A DNA stretch of 64,000 bases from Candidatus Aenigmatarchaeota archaeon (GCA_026414305.1 JAOAJH010000002.1:39998-103997), one strand, 5' to 3'; counted from the first letter of the stretch, positions 29,001-37,967 are shown. The notes: a model not told the origin generated them from the letters alone. Program-made: numbers and translations.

Positions 29001-30014
29001 TTACACCACCAAATAAAGATAAATAAAAAGCAACATTGTAAAAATAGATTCAAGAAGTATTAATCCTATAGTTACTTGCTTTTCGGTAAATCTTCCCAAA
29101 TTCATTATTACATGCGTCCAAGAATAGATTTTCTTTCCATAAGGTGGTTCTAGCTTACCATCCTTTTGTAGTTTACCTAGGCAAGAAGCTTTCAAACCTG
29201 ATCTCAATTTTAGCAACGCTTCAATGAAAAATGGAATTAATACAATAAAGGCAGCTCTTTCCATGTCACCCAATATTGCGCCTGAAATGACAGCTGCTCC
29301 CATTACATATTGTATGCTATCACCTGAAAGCATTTTTGCAGGTGGCCAGTTAAATTTCAAAAAACCTATTAATGCACCAAGCATTGAAAAGAATATTGCT
29401 GCTGAAACTAGTTTGCCCATGACTAGTGCAAACACACCTAAACCAAAAAAATAAACAGATCCCATTCCTGCTTCTGATCCATTAAAACCGCCTAGCATGT
29501 TTATTACATTTGAAACAACAGTCAGACTTATTGGCACTATCAACAACGGGTAAAGCAAACCAAAATCAACACTGCCTAGTAAAGGTAAAGTCATGGATGT
29601 ATTTCCAGCTCTAACAGCCATTAATGGAATCGCTGCTAGCAAAGTCAGCAACGGTTTTTGCCATTGTTTCAAGCCCTTTCTAATTTCTGATTTTCCTTCT
29701 ATAACCTCTTTAGAATTCAAATCATCAAAAAAACCTATCAAGCCTATGAACAATATTGTCAATACGCCTGAAAAAAGATAAACAAGACTTTCTTCTCCAG
29801 AAAAAACAAATGTTTGTATGGCTGCAAAAAACATCATTCCAAAAAAGGCAGCAAACATTACTGGTATGCCACCACTATTAGCAACTTTAGGTTTGTTTTT
29901 TTTATGCAGATCCAAAGCAATTATGTTGTTTCTGTAAAATAGTCCTATGAATATTTTTGTGAGAATTATTGAAGCTAGAAATGATATTAAAAAACTGCCA
30001 AGTATAACTAGCAT
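29001..30014 (-). CDS. aglH: UDP-GlcNAc:dolichyl-phosphate GlcNAc-1-P transferase (AglH/Alg7; MraY/WecA superfamily)
   Basis: 10-TM protein with an NVINMLGGFNGSEAG variant of the NxxNxxDGxDGL motif, plus GPT/MraY family loops. Confidence 0.85.
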   Translation of the reverse strand: MLVILGSFLISFLASIILTKIFIGLFYRNNIIALDLHKKNKPKVANSGGIPVMFAAFFGMMFFAAIQTFVFSGEESLVYLFSGVLTILFIGLIGFFDDLNSKEVIEGKSEIRKGLKQWQKPLLTLLAAIPLMAVRAGNTSMTLPLLGSVDFGLLYPLLIVPISLTVVSNVINMLGGFNGSEAGMGSVYFFGLGVFALVMGKLVSAAIFFSMLGALIGFLKFNWPPAKMLSGDSIQYVMGAAVISGAILGDMERAAFIVLIPFFIEALLKLRSGLKASCLGKLQKDGKLEPPYGKKIYSWTHVIMNLGRFTEKQVTIGLILLESIFTMLLFIYLYLVV

Positions 30015-30045
30015 ATTTAATTATTGGTTAGAAAATTAGATAAAC

Positions 30046-30372
30046 TTACTTTTTCAGTTTCATTATTGCTTCTACAACATCGCCTTTTGCTTCTTTCAAA
30101 GCTTGTTTTATCTTTTCTTCATCTTTTATTCCTGTTTGATCCATAACAAGTTTTATATCCTCTTCTGGGAAATTTTCTTGCTTGACATCACCAGAAACTT
30201 GGTATATAACTTGGCCACGCATTGTTGTCTTTACCACTTGCGGGTTTTCTATTATTATATCCCCACCTTCAGCTTTGATGATAACTTCTTTTGCTTTTAT
30301 ATCTTCCATTTCCATTCCTAGCTGTTTAAGCATTTGCTCTACTTTTTTAGGATCCATTCCACCTGGTATCAT
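30046..30372 (-). CDS. Nascent polypeptide-associated complex alpha subunit (NAC domain plus C-terminal UBA)
   Basis: ...IIENPQVVKTTMRGQVIYQVSGD... NAC domain, with a C-terminal UBA-like KIKQALKEAKGDVVEAIMKL. Confidence 0.85.
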   Translation of the reverse strand: MIPGGMDPKKVEQMLKQLGMEMEDIKAKEVIIKAEGGDIIIENPQVVKTTMRGQVIYQVSGDVKQENFPEEDIKLVMDQTGIKDEEKIKQALKEAKGDVVEAIMKLKK

Positions 30373-30475
30373 AAAAACAAATTAAAAACTAACATTTATA
30401 AAACATATGTAATAAGTTTTCTATATAATAGAAAACATTATTTTTATTTTTAATAAAATCCAATAAAATTTAAAG

Positions 30476-30838
30476 GTGGGTATAGTGGGATCAGATAGAT
30501 ATGGAGAGTGGGCATTCTTGGCTGGATCTTTAATTGCCATAGTGCTAGGAGTGCTCCAAGGATTGGGGATAATAGCAAACATAGACCAGATAATTTCATT
30601 GGTGCTTGTCTTGTTTGGTCTAGTTGTAGGCCTAACAACAGTAACTTCAAAAGAAATTGACTCATTTTTGCTAGCATCAGTTGTTCTTCTAATAGTAAGC
30701 ACGACAAGAATAGATAGGTTTTCAGGTATGTTAGTAAACATCTTCAGTTACTCTATAGGAAATCTTACATACTTTGTTGCACCAGCAGCGCTAGTTGTAG
30801 CATTGAAATCAATATACAAAATAGCATCATCAAGATAG
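30476..30838 (+). CDS. Small polytopic membrane protein (GTG start)
   Basis: Three or four hydrophobic helices. The overlapping minus-strand ORFs are low-complexity and less plausible. Confidence 0.4.
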   Translation: MGIVGSDRYGEWAFLAGSLIAIVLGVLQGLGIIANIDQIISLVLVLFGLVVGLTTVTSKEIDSFLLASVVLLIVSTTRIDRFSGMLVNIFSYSIGNLTYFVAPAALVVALKSIYKIASSR

Positions 30839-30841
30839 TCG

Positions 30842-32041
30842 ATGTTTGATCTTTTGTTTTTTTGTTTTTTTGGTATTTTTTTTGGTTTATTGGCTGGTTT
30901 ACTACCTGGATTGCATCCAAATCAAATATATTTTTTGGTTTTTGGTTTATTGACGTTAAAACCTGAGTATTTTGCCGTCTTTGCAGGATCTTTAGCAATT
31001 TCAAATATAATATCAAGTTATATACCGATGCTTTTTGTTTCTGTTCCAGACCCAAATAATGTAGCAAATATACTCCCAGGTCACAGGATGGTATTGAAAG
31101 GTCGTGGTTTGGAAGCTTTGAAAATAAGCGTATTGTCGGCTGTTTTTGCTTTGTTGTCAGTATTAATATTACTTCCTTTTTTAATGAAAATTATTCCTTT
31201 GATTCATAATATAGCAGCCAATTTTGTTCTTGTTCTTATTGTTGGTTTTGTTCTTATTGTAATACTATCAGAAGGTAAAAAATCTTTAGCTGCCATTTTT
31301 GTTTTTATTGTTTCTGGTTTGTGGGGTGTTGTCACGCTAAATTCAAATTTTTTAAACGGCAACAATGTTTTGTTTGTAGCATTGACTGGTCTGTTTGGTT
31401 TAAGCGGTCTTTTCTTTACTCAAAAAAACACGAAAATAAACTATGATGAAAATGAATCAAATGTCAATATCAGTTTGCTAGCAATTTTACTTGGTGTTTT
31501 AGGTGGAATAATATCTGGGGTTCTCCCAGGTGTTGGGGAAAGTCAAATAGGTTTTGTCTTGACTCATTTTTTATCGAAAAATGATGAATTCTTACTTAGC
31601 TCAACAGCGGCCATAAACGCATCAAATATGATGCTTTCTGTTATAACATTAGTTTTAACTGGTAGGATTAGAAGCGGTTTAAGTGATTCTTTAGCAAGCA
31701 TAAATTTTGACCAAAATTTATTCTTTCTTTTTTTGGGTTCTGTGTTATTTTCTTGTGGTATATCTGCTATAATATCTATAACAATTGGTAAATTTGTTGC
31801 AAACTTCATATCAAGAATAGATTATGAAAAACTTTCAAAAATAATAATTTTTTCTTTGACAGCTGCGGTATTTATATTCACCGGAATATGGGGTTTGTTT
31901 ATACTAACAATATCCACTATGATCGGATTTTTACCTATTTTGTTTAACGTAAAAAGGTCCTTGAATATGGGCTTTCTTGTCTTTCCAGTAATTATATACT
32001 ATGCTGGCTTGTCTTCTGTGATTTCACGTATATTAATTTAA
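30842..32041 (+). CDS. TctA/DUF112-family membrane transporter-like protein
   Basis: Repeated GLLPGLHP / VLPGVGESQ motifs characteristic of the TctA (DUF112) family. About 10 TM helices. Confidence 0.55.
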   Translation: MFDLLFFCFFGIFFGLLAGLLPGLHPNQIYFLVFGLLTLKPEYFAVFAGSLAISNIISSYIPMLFVSVPDPNNVANILPGHRMVLKGRGLEALKISVLSAVFALLSVLILLPFLMKIIPLIHNIAANFVLVLIVGFVLIVILSEGKKSLAAIFVFIVSGLWGVVTLNSNFLNGNNVLFVALTGLFGLSGLFFTQKNTKINYDENESNVNISLLAILLGVLGGIISGVLPGVGESQIGFVLTHFLSKNDEFLLSSTAAINASNMMLSVITLVLTGRIRSGLSDSLASINFDQNLFFLFLGSVLFSCGISAIISITIGKFVANFISRIDYEKLSKIIIFSLTAAVFIFTGIWGLFILTISTMIGFLPILFNVKRSLNMGFLVFPVIIYYAGLSSVISRILI

Positions 32042-32176
32042 ATTGAGTTTTCTCTACCAATATTCAACATAAGTGAATTCACGAATATACATTTCATATG
32101 AATGTTTATGCACGTGAAATGAACCTCACCCCTATATATGCTATGGTTTTTTAAATTAAAGATTTATTATTATTAT

Positions 32177-32827
32177 ATGGACGGTGAATTTGGTTATCTC
32201 ACGGGTATGTTGGTTGCTAAGGGAAGAATAAATGAAAAAAACAGTGATTATTACATATCCATAGAATCTTCAGATAGCAGCATGGACAGTATAATTTCAA
32301 GAATATTCATACTTTGTAACATGCCGTATAAAGTCATTGAAAGAAAAAGACTGTCATCTGGAAAAGTTCATACATCAAAACTATTCATAGTAAGGGGGAA
32401 ACTTTATGTGGAAAAGTTAAAATCATATGAAGTTTCTACAGGAAGACGTGAATGGAATGTTCCGTCACGTGCATATATTTCACGAGATTTTAGAATTGGT
32501 TTTTTACAAGCCATGTTTGATTTTACCGGCAATATAAGGTACAGACTTAAAGGAAGGCAGAAGTGTAGAAGCATAAGAATTTCATCAATAAATTCAAAGG
32601 GTATAGAATCTGTTAAAAAATTGATTGAAATGGAAGGTATAAAATCATATATTTACAAAAATGGGAAAACAAACATTCTTGAAATAGACGGAAAAAACAA
32701 TGTGTCAATTTTTGTCAAAAAAATCGGTTTTACACATAGACAAAAAAACGAGCTTGTAAAGACCATTTTAGATCCTGTGAAGTTTGACAAGTTGATTTCA
32801 CAAGGTTCACGCCAAATTTCTATCTAG
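32177..32827 (+). CDS. Degenerate double-motif LAGLIDADG-like protein (homing-endonuclease fold, catalytic Asp positions substituted)
   Basis: Motif 1 is FGYLTGMLVAKG near the N-terminus. Motif 2 is FLQAMFDFTGN about 100 aa later. A TATA-like cctatatatgc lies about 40 nt upstream. The start was chosen at the internal ATG at 32177. Confidence 0.4.
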   Translation: MDGEFGYLTGMLVAKGRINEKNSDYYISIESSDSSMDSIISRIFILCNMPYKVIERKRLSSGKVHTSKLFIVRGKLYVEKLKSYEVSTGRREWNVPSRAYISRDFRIGFLQAMFDFTGNIRYRLKGRQKCRSIRISSINSKGIESVKKLIEMEGIKSYIYKNGKTNILEIDGKNNVSIFVKKIGFTHRQKNELVKTILDPVKFDKLISQGSRQISI

Positions 32828-32848
32828 TAAATGAAGTCTATGTGAAGT

Positions 32849-35563
32849 CTATGTGAACTGTGGTATGTATTTTTTTGATCGTTTATTGTCTTTGTAAAAA
32901 ACAACATCGCCTCTACAATTGTTGCATTTACCGGAAAGCGGGACGCGCCTTAAAATATTGCCGCATGAGATACAGACAAAACCATCTATGTCATCCAAAA
33001 AGTCTTGCAAGTCGTCATTGATTTTTTTGCCTATTATATCAAAAAGCCCTGTTTGCTTGCCTGTACCCAAAAGCTCATTTTTGCTTATATTCAAAACATC
33101 AAAAACTCTCTCCAATGGTGGTAACAGCTGATTTTCTATGTAATAGTCAGAATCTATTGGTATTTTATGTTTTACAACATATTCGGGGTCTTCTGTCCTT
33201 TTTGAAACTTGCCCAGTGCCTTTGATGATTACATATCCTACTCTATCACCTATACCTGGTGCTGAAGTTGGATCTCTTTTTCTCATTTTTTTCAAAAGCT
33301 CTATGTGGGGCTGTACACCTTTGTATGTTCTCAATGATTTGGAAATGCTCTTTGTTATAACAAGCTTGCTTATATCCATCTTTCCTGTCCTTATATCATT
33401 TATCTTTGCTTTAACTATGTTCATAGCTTTTTCAACATCTTTTTCTTTTAGTATGACATTAAGCACTTCCTGAAGAGTTTCTGAAACCAAATTACACCAA
33501 TCTCTCCTCACAGTTTCTATCCCTTTTGTAACTATGGTTTCCTCGTATTTGCCGTTGTTCTCTTCAAAACTCCATCCTGCATATCTTTTTTTGCTTAAAA
33601 TAAGTAGTGTCTTGAAAACGCTTTCTATTTTCATTCTAAGTGCATATTTCATGTTGTTGTTTATCAAATCTGCTAAACTTGCGCCTATTTTGAATGCCTC
33701 AGAAACGTCATCAATGTCAAGTTTTACCATAACAGAATCTGTATCTGCATAAACAACCTTGTATTTTGTTTTAGACTCTACTATTTTCTTTGTTGTATTT
33801 ATAGTATCCCTGCCTGTTGTTGTTATTGTGTTTGCTATGTCAAGAACATACAATCTTGCTCTAACATAACCCATATAACCATAAAAGGCGTTAGCAACTG
33901 TTTTGAAAGCATATTGTTTTGCATACAAATATTTTTTTGTTTGCTCTGATTTTGTAGTCTTCATGTCCTTTTTCACTTTGTCTCTCATGTTTATTAAATA
34001 CTCTACTATACTTGGGACTATGCCTTTTCTTATGTTTGGTGATACAAATGCTGTACCAAGTGGTGATACGATTTTATCTATTTCATAATTTGGGTCTTTG
34101 AGTAATGTTGTAGGACATATATTTAACGAAATCATTATACTTGGGTACATTGACTTGAAATCCAGATAAACAACTGCTTTGTCATGAAAACCTATTTCAG
34201 GTTGAAGCACAAAGCCTCCTTTCAAAGTTGATCCCATTCTCTCCTCGTTTCTTTTATTTAACTCATAGTCATTTGGTTTGTTTGGTATTACAAATTCCCT
34301 GTTGTTGAACTCCCTCAGAAGAATGCTTTCTATTCTTGCTGCTTCACCGCCATCTAAAACATCTTGTAAAACAAGCCCGCTTACTTTTGATATTTCAAAA
34401 AATTTATCAAGCATGTTCATTTCTACAAGCATTCTGAATGGTAGTTCTGCGTCCTTTCTGCTGTAAGAAACCAGTTTTGAAAATTTGTCACCGTCATCTT
34501 TCCAAAAAAGACTTATTTCACTATGCGAAACGTCAACTTTAGTTTCACCTAATATAAGTTGTGAAACGTCTCCTAAACCATATCTTTTCAATCCTTTGTA
34601 AAGCCCAAATTTTGTTGTAGCCTCTTTGATAAGTGAATAAACATCAACTATAACCCTGCCTGGAATGGTTATGTTATATTTTGAAGAAAACTTTGAAACC
34701 ATTATAGATTTTTGAGAGCATCTGCCTATGCTTCTCGAAATATTATTTGCTTTTAGTCTTGCTTCAATATAAGGGAAATCAAAGTTTGTTATGTTATACC
34801 CAAGCAGTATGTCAGGATCATAATCATCTATTATTTTCTTGAACTCTTCAAGCATTTGTTTTTCATTATCAAAAAATAGCGTATTTTCAAAATGATTTTT
34901 TGATTTTTTGGCTATTAAAACAACATTATTTTTTCCTTTAAATGTTGGATAAAAGAAAAGGCTTATCATTATTATAGGGTCTTTTGTTGAGTCAGGCATT
35001 ACTCCTTCATCTGAGTAAGTTTCTATATCAATGCTAATGTATTTTAATGGCGCGTTTTCCTCCTTTTCTATTGGTTTGATTTTTTTTGCTGTCATAACCA
35101 AATCTGTTTTTACAGTAGTTGTTTTTGCACCAACACCTTCTACAACATACCAACCCATTCCAACAATATTTCTGTCTGCCATAAACCTGTTTCTGAAAAG
35201 TATGTCTGCTTCGTATACATCTTTCACAAAAGGTTTTTGTTTCAAGTCGTCCCTTAATTGTGAAACAAAAGAGGGGTTTTTCAATATTGTTTTTAGCAGC
35301 TTTGTTTTTTTATCTGAAAAAAATATTGGCAAAAACATTTCAACCATTTCAAAACCAAATAAAACAGGTTTGAATTTTTCTTCAATATATTTTTTTATTT
35401 GCTCTATTTTGTCTTCATCTGCATAAACATAGAAATATGGTAAAAAATCTTCCACAAAAACAGTTATAGATTTTTTGTCCATTGTTTTTCCAAAAAGCCT
35501 TATTGTTGGATGGTCATTAATCATTACATAATCTACATCTAAAACCTGAAATTCAACTTCCAT
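32849..35563 (-). CDS. polB: Family B DNA polymerase (PolB) with a C-terminal Cys4 zinc ribbon; no intein
   Basis: Exo I IDIETYS, Exo II NITNFDFPYI, Exo III YSRKDAELP. Pol motif A DFKSMYPSIM, motif B KxxxNAFYGYMG, motif C VYADTDSV. The C-terminus is CISCGNILRRVPLSGKCNNC. Confidence 0.95.
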   Translation of the reverse strand: MEVEFQVLDVDYVMINDHPTIRLFGKTMDKKSITVFVEDFLPYFYVYADEDKIEQIKKYIEEKFKPVLFGFEMVEMFLPIFFSDKKTKLLKTILKNPSFVSQLRDDLKQKPFVKDVYEADILFRNRFMADRNIVGMGWYVVEGVGAKTTTVKTDLVMTAKKIKPIEKEENAPLKYISIDIETYSDEGVMPDSTKDPIIMISLFFYPTFKGKNNVVLIAKKSKNHFENTLFFDNEKQMLEEFKKIIDDYDPDILLGYNITNFDFPYIEARLKANNISRSIGRCSQKSIMVSKFSSKYNITIPGRVIVDVYSLIKEATTKFGLYKGLKRYGLGDVSQLILGETKVDVSHSEISLFWKDDGDKFSKLVSYSRKDAELPFRMLVEMNMLDKFFEISKVSGLVLQDVLDGGEAARIESILLREFNNREFVIPNKPNDYELNKRNEERMGSTLKGGFVLQPEIGFHDKAVVYLDFKSMYPSIMISLNICPTTLLKDPNYEIDKIVSPLGTAFVSPNIRKGIVPSIVEYLINMRDKVKKDMKTTKSEQTKKYLYAKQYAFKTVANAFYGYMGYVRARLYVLDIANTITTTGRDTINTTKKIVESKTKYKVVYADTDSVMVKLDIDDVSEAFKIGASLADLINNNMKYALRMKIESVFKTLLILSKKRYAGWSFEENNGKYEETIVTKGIETVRRDWCNLVSETLQEVLNVILKEKDVEKAMNIVKAKINDIRTGKMDISKLVITKSISKSLRTYKGVQPHIELLKKMRKRDPTSAPGIGDRVGYVIIKGTGQVSKRTEDPEYVVKHKIPIDSDYYIENQLLPPLERVFDVLNISKNELLGTGKQTGLFDIIGKKINDDLQDFLDDIDGFVCISCGNILRRVPLSGKCNNCRGDVVFYKDNKRSKKYIPQFT

Positions 35564-35610
35564 GTTGTTATTAATGTTTCCTATTTTTTAATCTGTTTAT
35601 ATTTTTTTGT

Positions 35611-36558
35611 TCATATTTCATTTACTTCTCTTGTGTGAAGATTAACTTTGAACCCTCTATCACCAACAAGTAGAATTGTTGTGCCTTTGTAGTTTTTATA
35701 TAATTTTTCACCAAAATCAGAAACTATGAAATCAGGTAAAATATCCAAAACAAAATCATCTTCAGAATAGCTTATTTTTGGATCAAATTCTTTAAGCATA
35801 TAGCGTTTTTTCAGAATATCGACAAAATAATCATTGTCTACATTTCCTATTTTTTCCAGGAATTTTTTTGGTATGACAAGAAATATCAAACCATCAAATT
35901 CTATTATTGTTGGGTTGTCAAAAGATGATGGCCTTATAAAAGATTGCTCGTTGTTTGAAACTTCTATCTCTAAATCTTCTTTTAGTTTTTTTACATCTCT
36001 GTTAAGTGGTATATCTGGATGTAACATTTTTTTGGCATAAAACTTTTCTTTTTCTCTAACACAACTAACTGCTATCACATCATCGTTTTGAAATTCATTC
36101 ATTTTTGATTTTAATATACCTTCAACATAAACCTCTATCTCACCTGTTAAATCCTCTATTATAAAAGACCTTGGTGTCTTGGAAAATATTATTCCTATGA
36201 TAGAAAACTCTTTAGTGTTTTCATTTATCTTGTTTATCGAGATTGCATTGAATCCACTCGAAATAAAAATATCTCGGATTTTTTCGTATTTTTTTGTAAG
36301 ATGAAAATTATAATCATCAATTTTAACAGTTTTTTCTTTTATTTCCCATTTTTTAATCTCTTTTAACTTTTGCTTTGGATCATTGTATTTGTTGATAATG
36401 TTATTAACATAATCATATGTCAAAAAGAATGGCCTTGTTTTCATTTTTTTTATTTCATTTATTATCAAATCTGGGTTTGTTTTTATAAGCATTAGAGAAT
36501 CTTTTGTAAGCTGCACTCCCATATCTAGAAATGTTTTTACTATTTCTTTCTCTTCCAT
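35611..36558 (-). CDS. DP1-like (PolD small subunit / eukaryotic B-subunit-like) protein, truncated and lacking a recognisable phosphoesterase core
   Basis: The N-terminal helical domain VKTFLDMGVQLTKDSLMLIK resembles the DP1 N-terminus (VKGLMKNGYLITPSAYYLL...). The OB-fold stretch SIIGIIFSKTPRSFIIEDLTGEIEVYV resembles the DP1 OB domain. It is only 315 aa with no GNHD/GHxH motifs. Its start overlaps the orc1 stop (TAATG). Confidence 0.45.
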   Translation of the reverse strand: MEEKEIVKTFLDMGVQLTKDSLMLIKTNPDLIINEIKKMKTRPFFLTYDYVNNIINKYNDPKQKLKEIKKWEIKEKTVKIDDYNFHLTKKYEKIRDIFISSGFNAISINKINENTKEFSIIGIIFSKTPRSFIIEDLTGEIEVYVEGILKSKMNEFQNDDVIAVSCVREKEKFYAKKMLHPDIPLNRDVKKLKEDLEIEVSNNEQSFIRPSSFDNPTIIEFDGLIFLVIPKKFLEKIGNVDNDYFVDILKKRYMLKEFDPKISYSEDDFVLDILPDFIVSDFGEKLYKNYKGTTILLVGDRGFKVNLHTREVNEI

Positions 36559-37772
36559 TATACCACTAGATTTTCGTTCAATATATTTCTTATTTTTTCT
36601 TTTATTGTTTCATTTAAATTAAGCATTATAACTCTCGTCCTACCATACCTTCCTAAAGATGTAACTTTGGCGTTTATTATACCTGTCATATCCAATTCAG
36701 ATATCAAATCAGATATTCTTCTCTGTGTTAAAGGAAACAGGCCTATTTCCTTGCATTTTTCTTGATATATGTCATAAACCTCTCCTGTTTGTATATCCTC
36801 TTTTTTTGTGTTTGAAAGTTCCAAAATGGCCCATAAAACAACTTTGGTTTGTTTTGGTAAGGATTTTGTTGATTCTATAACTCTGTCATAATCAATTTTT
36901 TCTTGGGCCATGTCAACATGTTTTTCTGTCACTTTTGAGTCGTTCATTCTTTCAGCTATTTCACCTGCAACCCTTAAAAGATCCAATGCCCTTCTAGCAT
37001 CACCGTGCTCTTGTGCAGCAAGTGCAGCACATTTTGGTATAACCTCCTCTGAAACAACACCGTTGTAGAATGCTATTTCTGATCTATTTTTCAATATATC
37101 GTGTAGTTGTGTTGCGTTATATGGAAAAAACAAAACCTCTTCTTCTCTCAATGAACTCTTTACTCTTGGGTCAAGAACTTCTATAAAATGAAGGTCGTTT
37201 GTTATGCCTATTATTGATATTTTTGAATTTTTCAATTCTTGATTTATTCTTGTTAAATTATAAAGAAATTCGTCTCCTATTTTTTCAACCAAAGCATCAA
37301 TTTCATCTAATATTATTATTACTGTGCTTTTTTCAGAATCCAAAGCATTAAAAAATGTCTGGTATATATAGTCTGTCGGCAGGCCTGTAGCAGGTAGCTC
37401 ATAACCCAAAAGACGAGACAACTCTGCCATTAACCTATATTCGGTGTCTGATATTTTTTTCATTTTGCAATTTACATACAATACTTTAATAGGATGGTTT
37501 CCTTGTTTTGATATTTTTTCTAATTCATCTGTTATATGTCTTGAAACAAGTGTTTTACCTGTACCTGTCAAACCGTAAATAAAAATATTGGAAGGTCTTC
37601 CCCCTTTTAATGAAGGTGCTAATATAGACGCTATTGTGTTTATTTCCTTGTTTCTGTGTTGTATTGTTTCTGGTATAAAATCAGATGTTAAGACGTCTCT
37701 ATTCTTAAAAATTGGTGTTGATTTTGATATATATTCTTGGAAAATGTGTTTTATTGTCTTCGGGTTGTCCAT
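36558..37772 (-). CDS. orc1: Orc1/Cdc6 replication initiator
   Basis: AAA+ Walker A GLTGTGKT, Walker B IIILDEID, and a C-terminal winged helix. Adjacent to an AT-rich repeat-bearing intergenic region. Confidence 0.9.
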   Translation of the reverse strand: MDNPKTIKHIFQEYISKSTPIFKNRDVLTSDFIPETIQHRNKEINTIASILAPSLKGGRPSNIFIYGLTGTGKTLVSRHITDELEKISKQGNHPIKVLYVNCKMKKISDTEYRLMAELSRLLGYELPATGLPTDYIYQTFFNALDSEKSTVIIILDEIDALVEKIGDEFLYNLTRINQELKNSKISIIGITNDLHFIEVLDPRVKSSLREEEVLFFPYNATQLHDILKNRSEIAFYNGVVSEEVIPKCAALAAQEHGDARRALDLLRVAGEIAERMNDSKVTEKHVDMAQEKIDYDRVIESTKSLPKQTKVVLWAILELSNTKKEDIQTGEVYDIYQEKCKEIGLFPLTQRRISDLISELDMTGIINAKVTSLGRYGRTRVIMLNLNETIKEKIRNILNENLVV

Positions 37773-37967
37773 AAAATGAAATTATTCCTATAGAAATAAA
37801 CCTTTTTCTATTGGAAATTATATGTTACACCCACCCCTTTGTTTCTTTTGGAAATTATCATATAATAAATATATAAAATGATATAACAGTATTATATTAT
37901 TATATTATTTGGTTGTTTCATCTTTTTTTTAAAAAAATATAAATTCCATTAGAAATAAACGGGTGTC
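37773..37967. other. Candidate replication origin (oriC) with ORB-like direct repeats flanking an AT-rich DUE
   Basis: TTCCTATAGAAATAAAC (37785-37802) and TTCCATTAGAAATAAAC (37944-37961) resemble the mini-ORB core TTCCAnnGGAAAC. Two TTnTTGGAAATTAT copies lie at 37806-37821 and 37843-37858. An AT-rich stretch runs 37859-37943. The region is immediately upstream of orc1. Confidence 0.55.

Noticed and set aside
30421-30741. Two minus-strand ORFs of 106 and 85 aa overlapping the small membrane protein
   Set aside because: The plus-strand product has clean TM-helix periodicity. The minus-strand translations are Leu/Pro-rich reading-frame artefacts.
32849-35563. A possible intein in PolB, given the neighbouring LAGLIDADG-like gene
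   Set aside because: PolB is 904 aa with all exonuclease and polymerase motifs contiguous, and there are no Cys/Ser-...-HN splice junction blocks. No intein is present.
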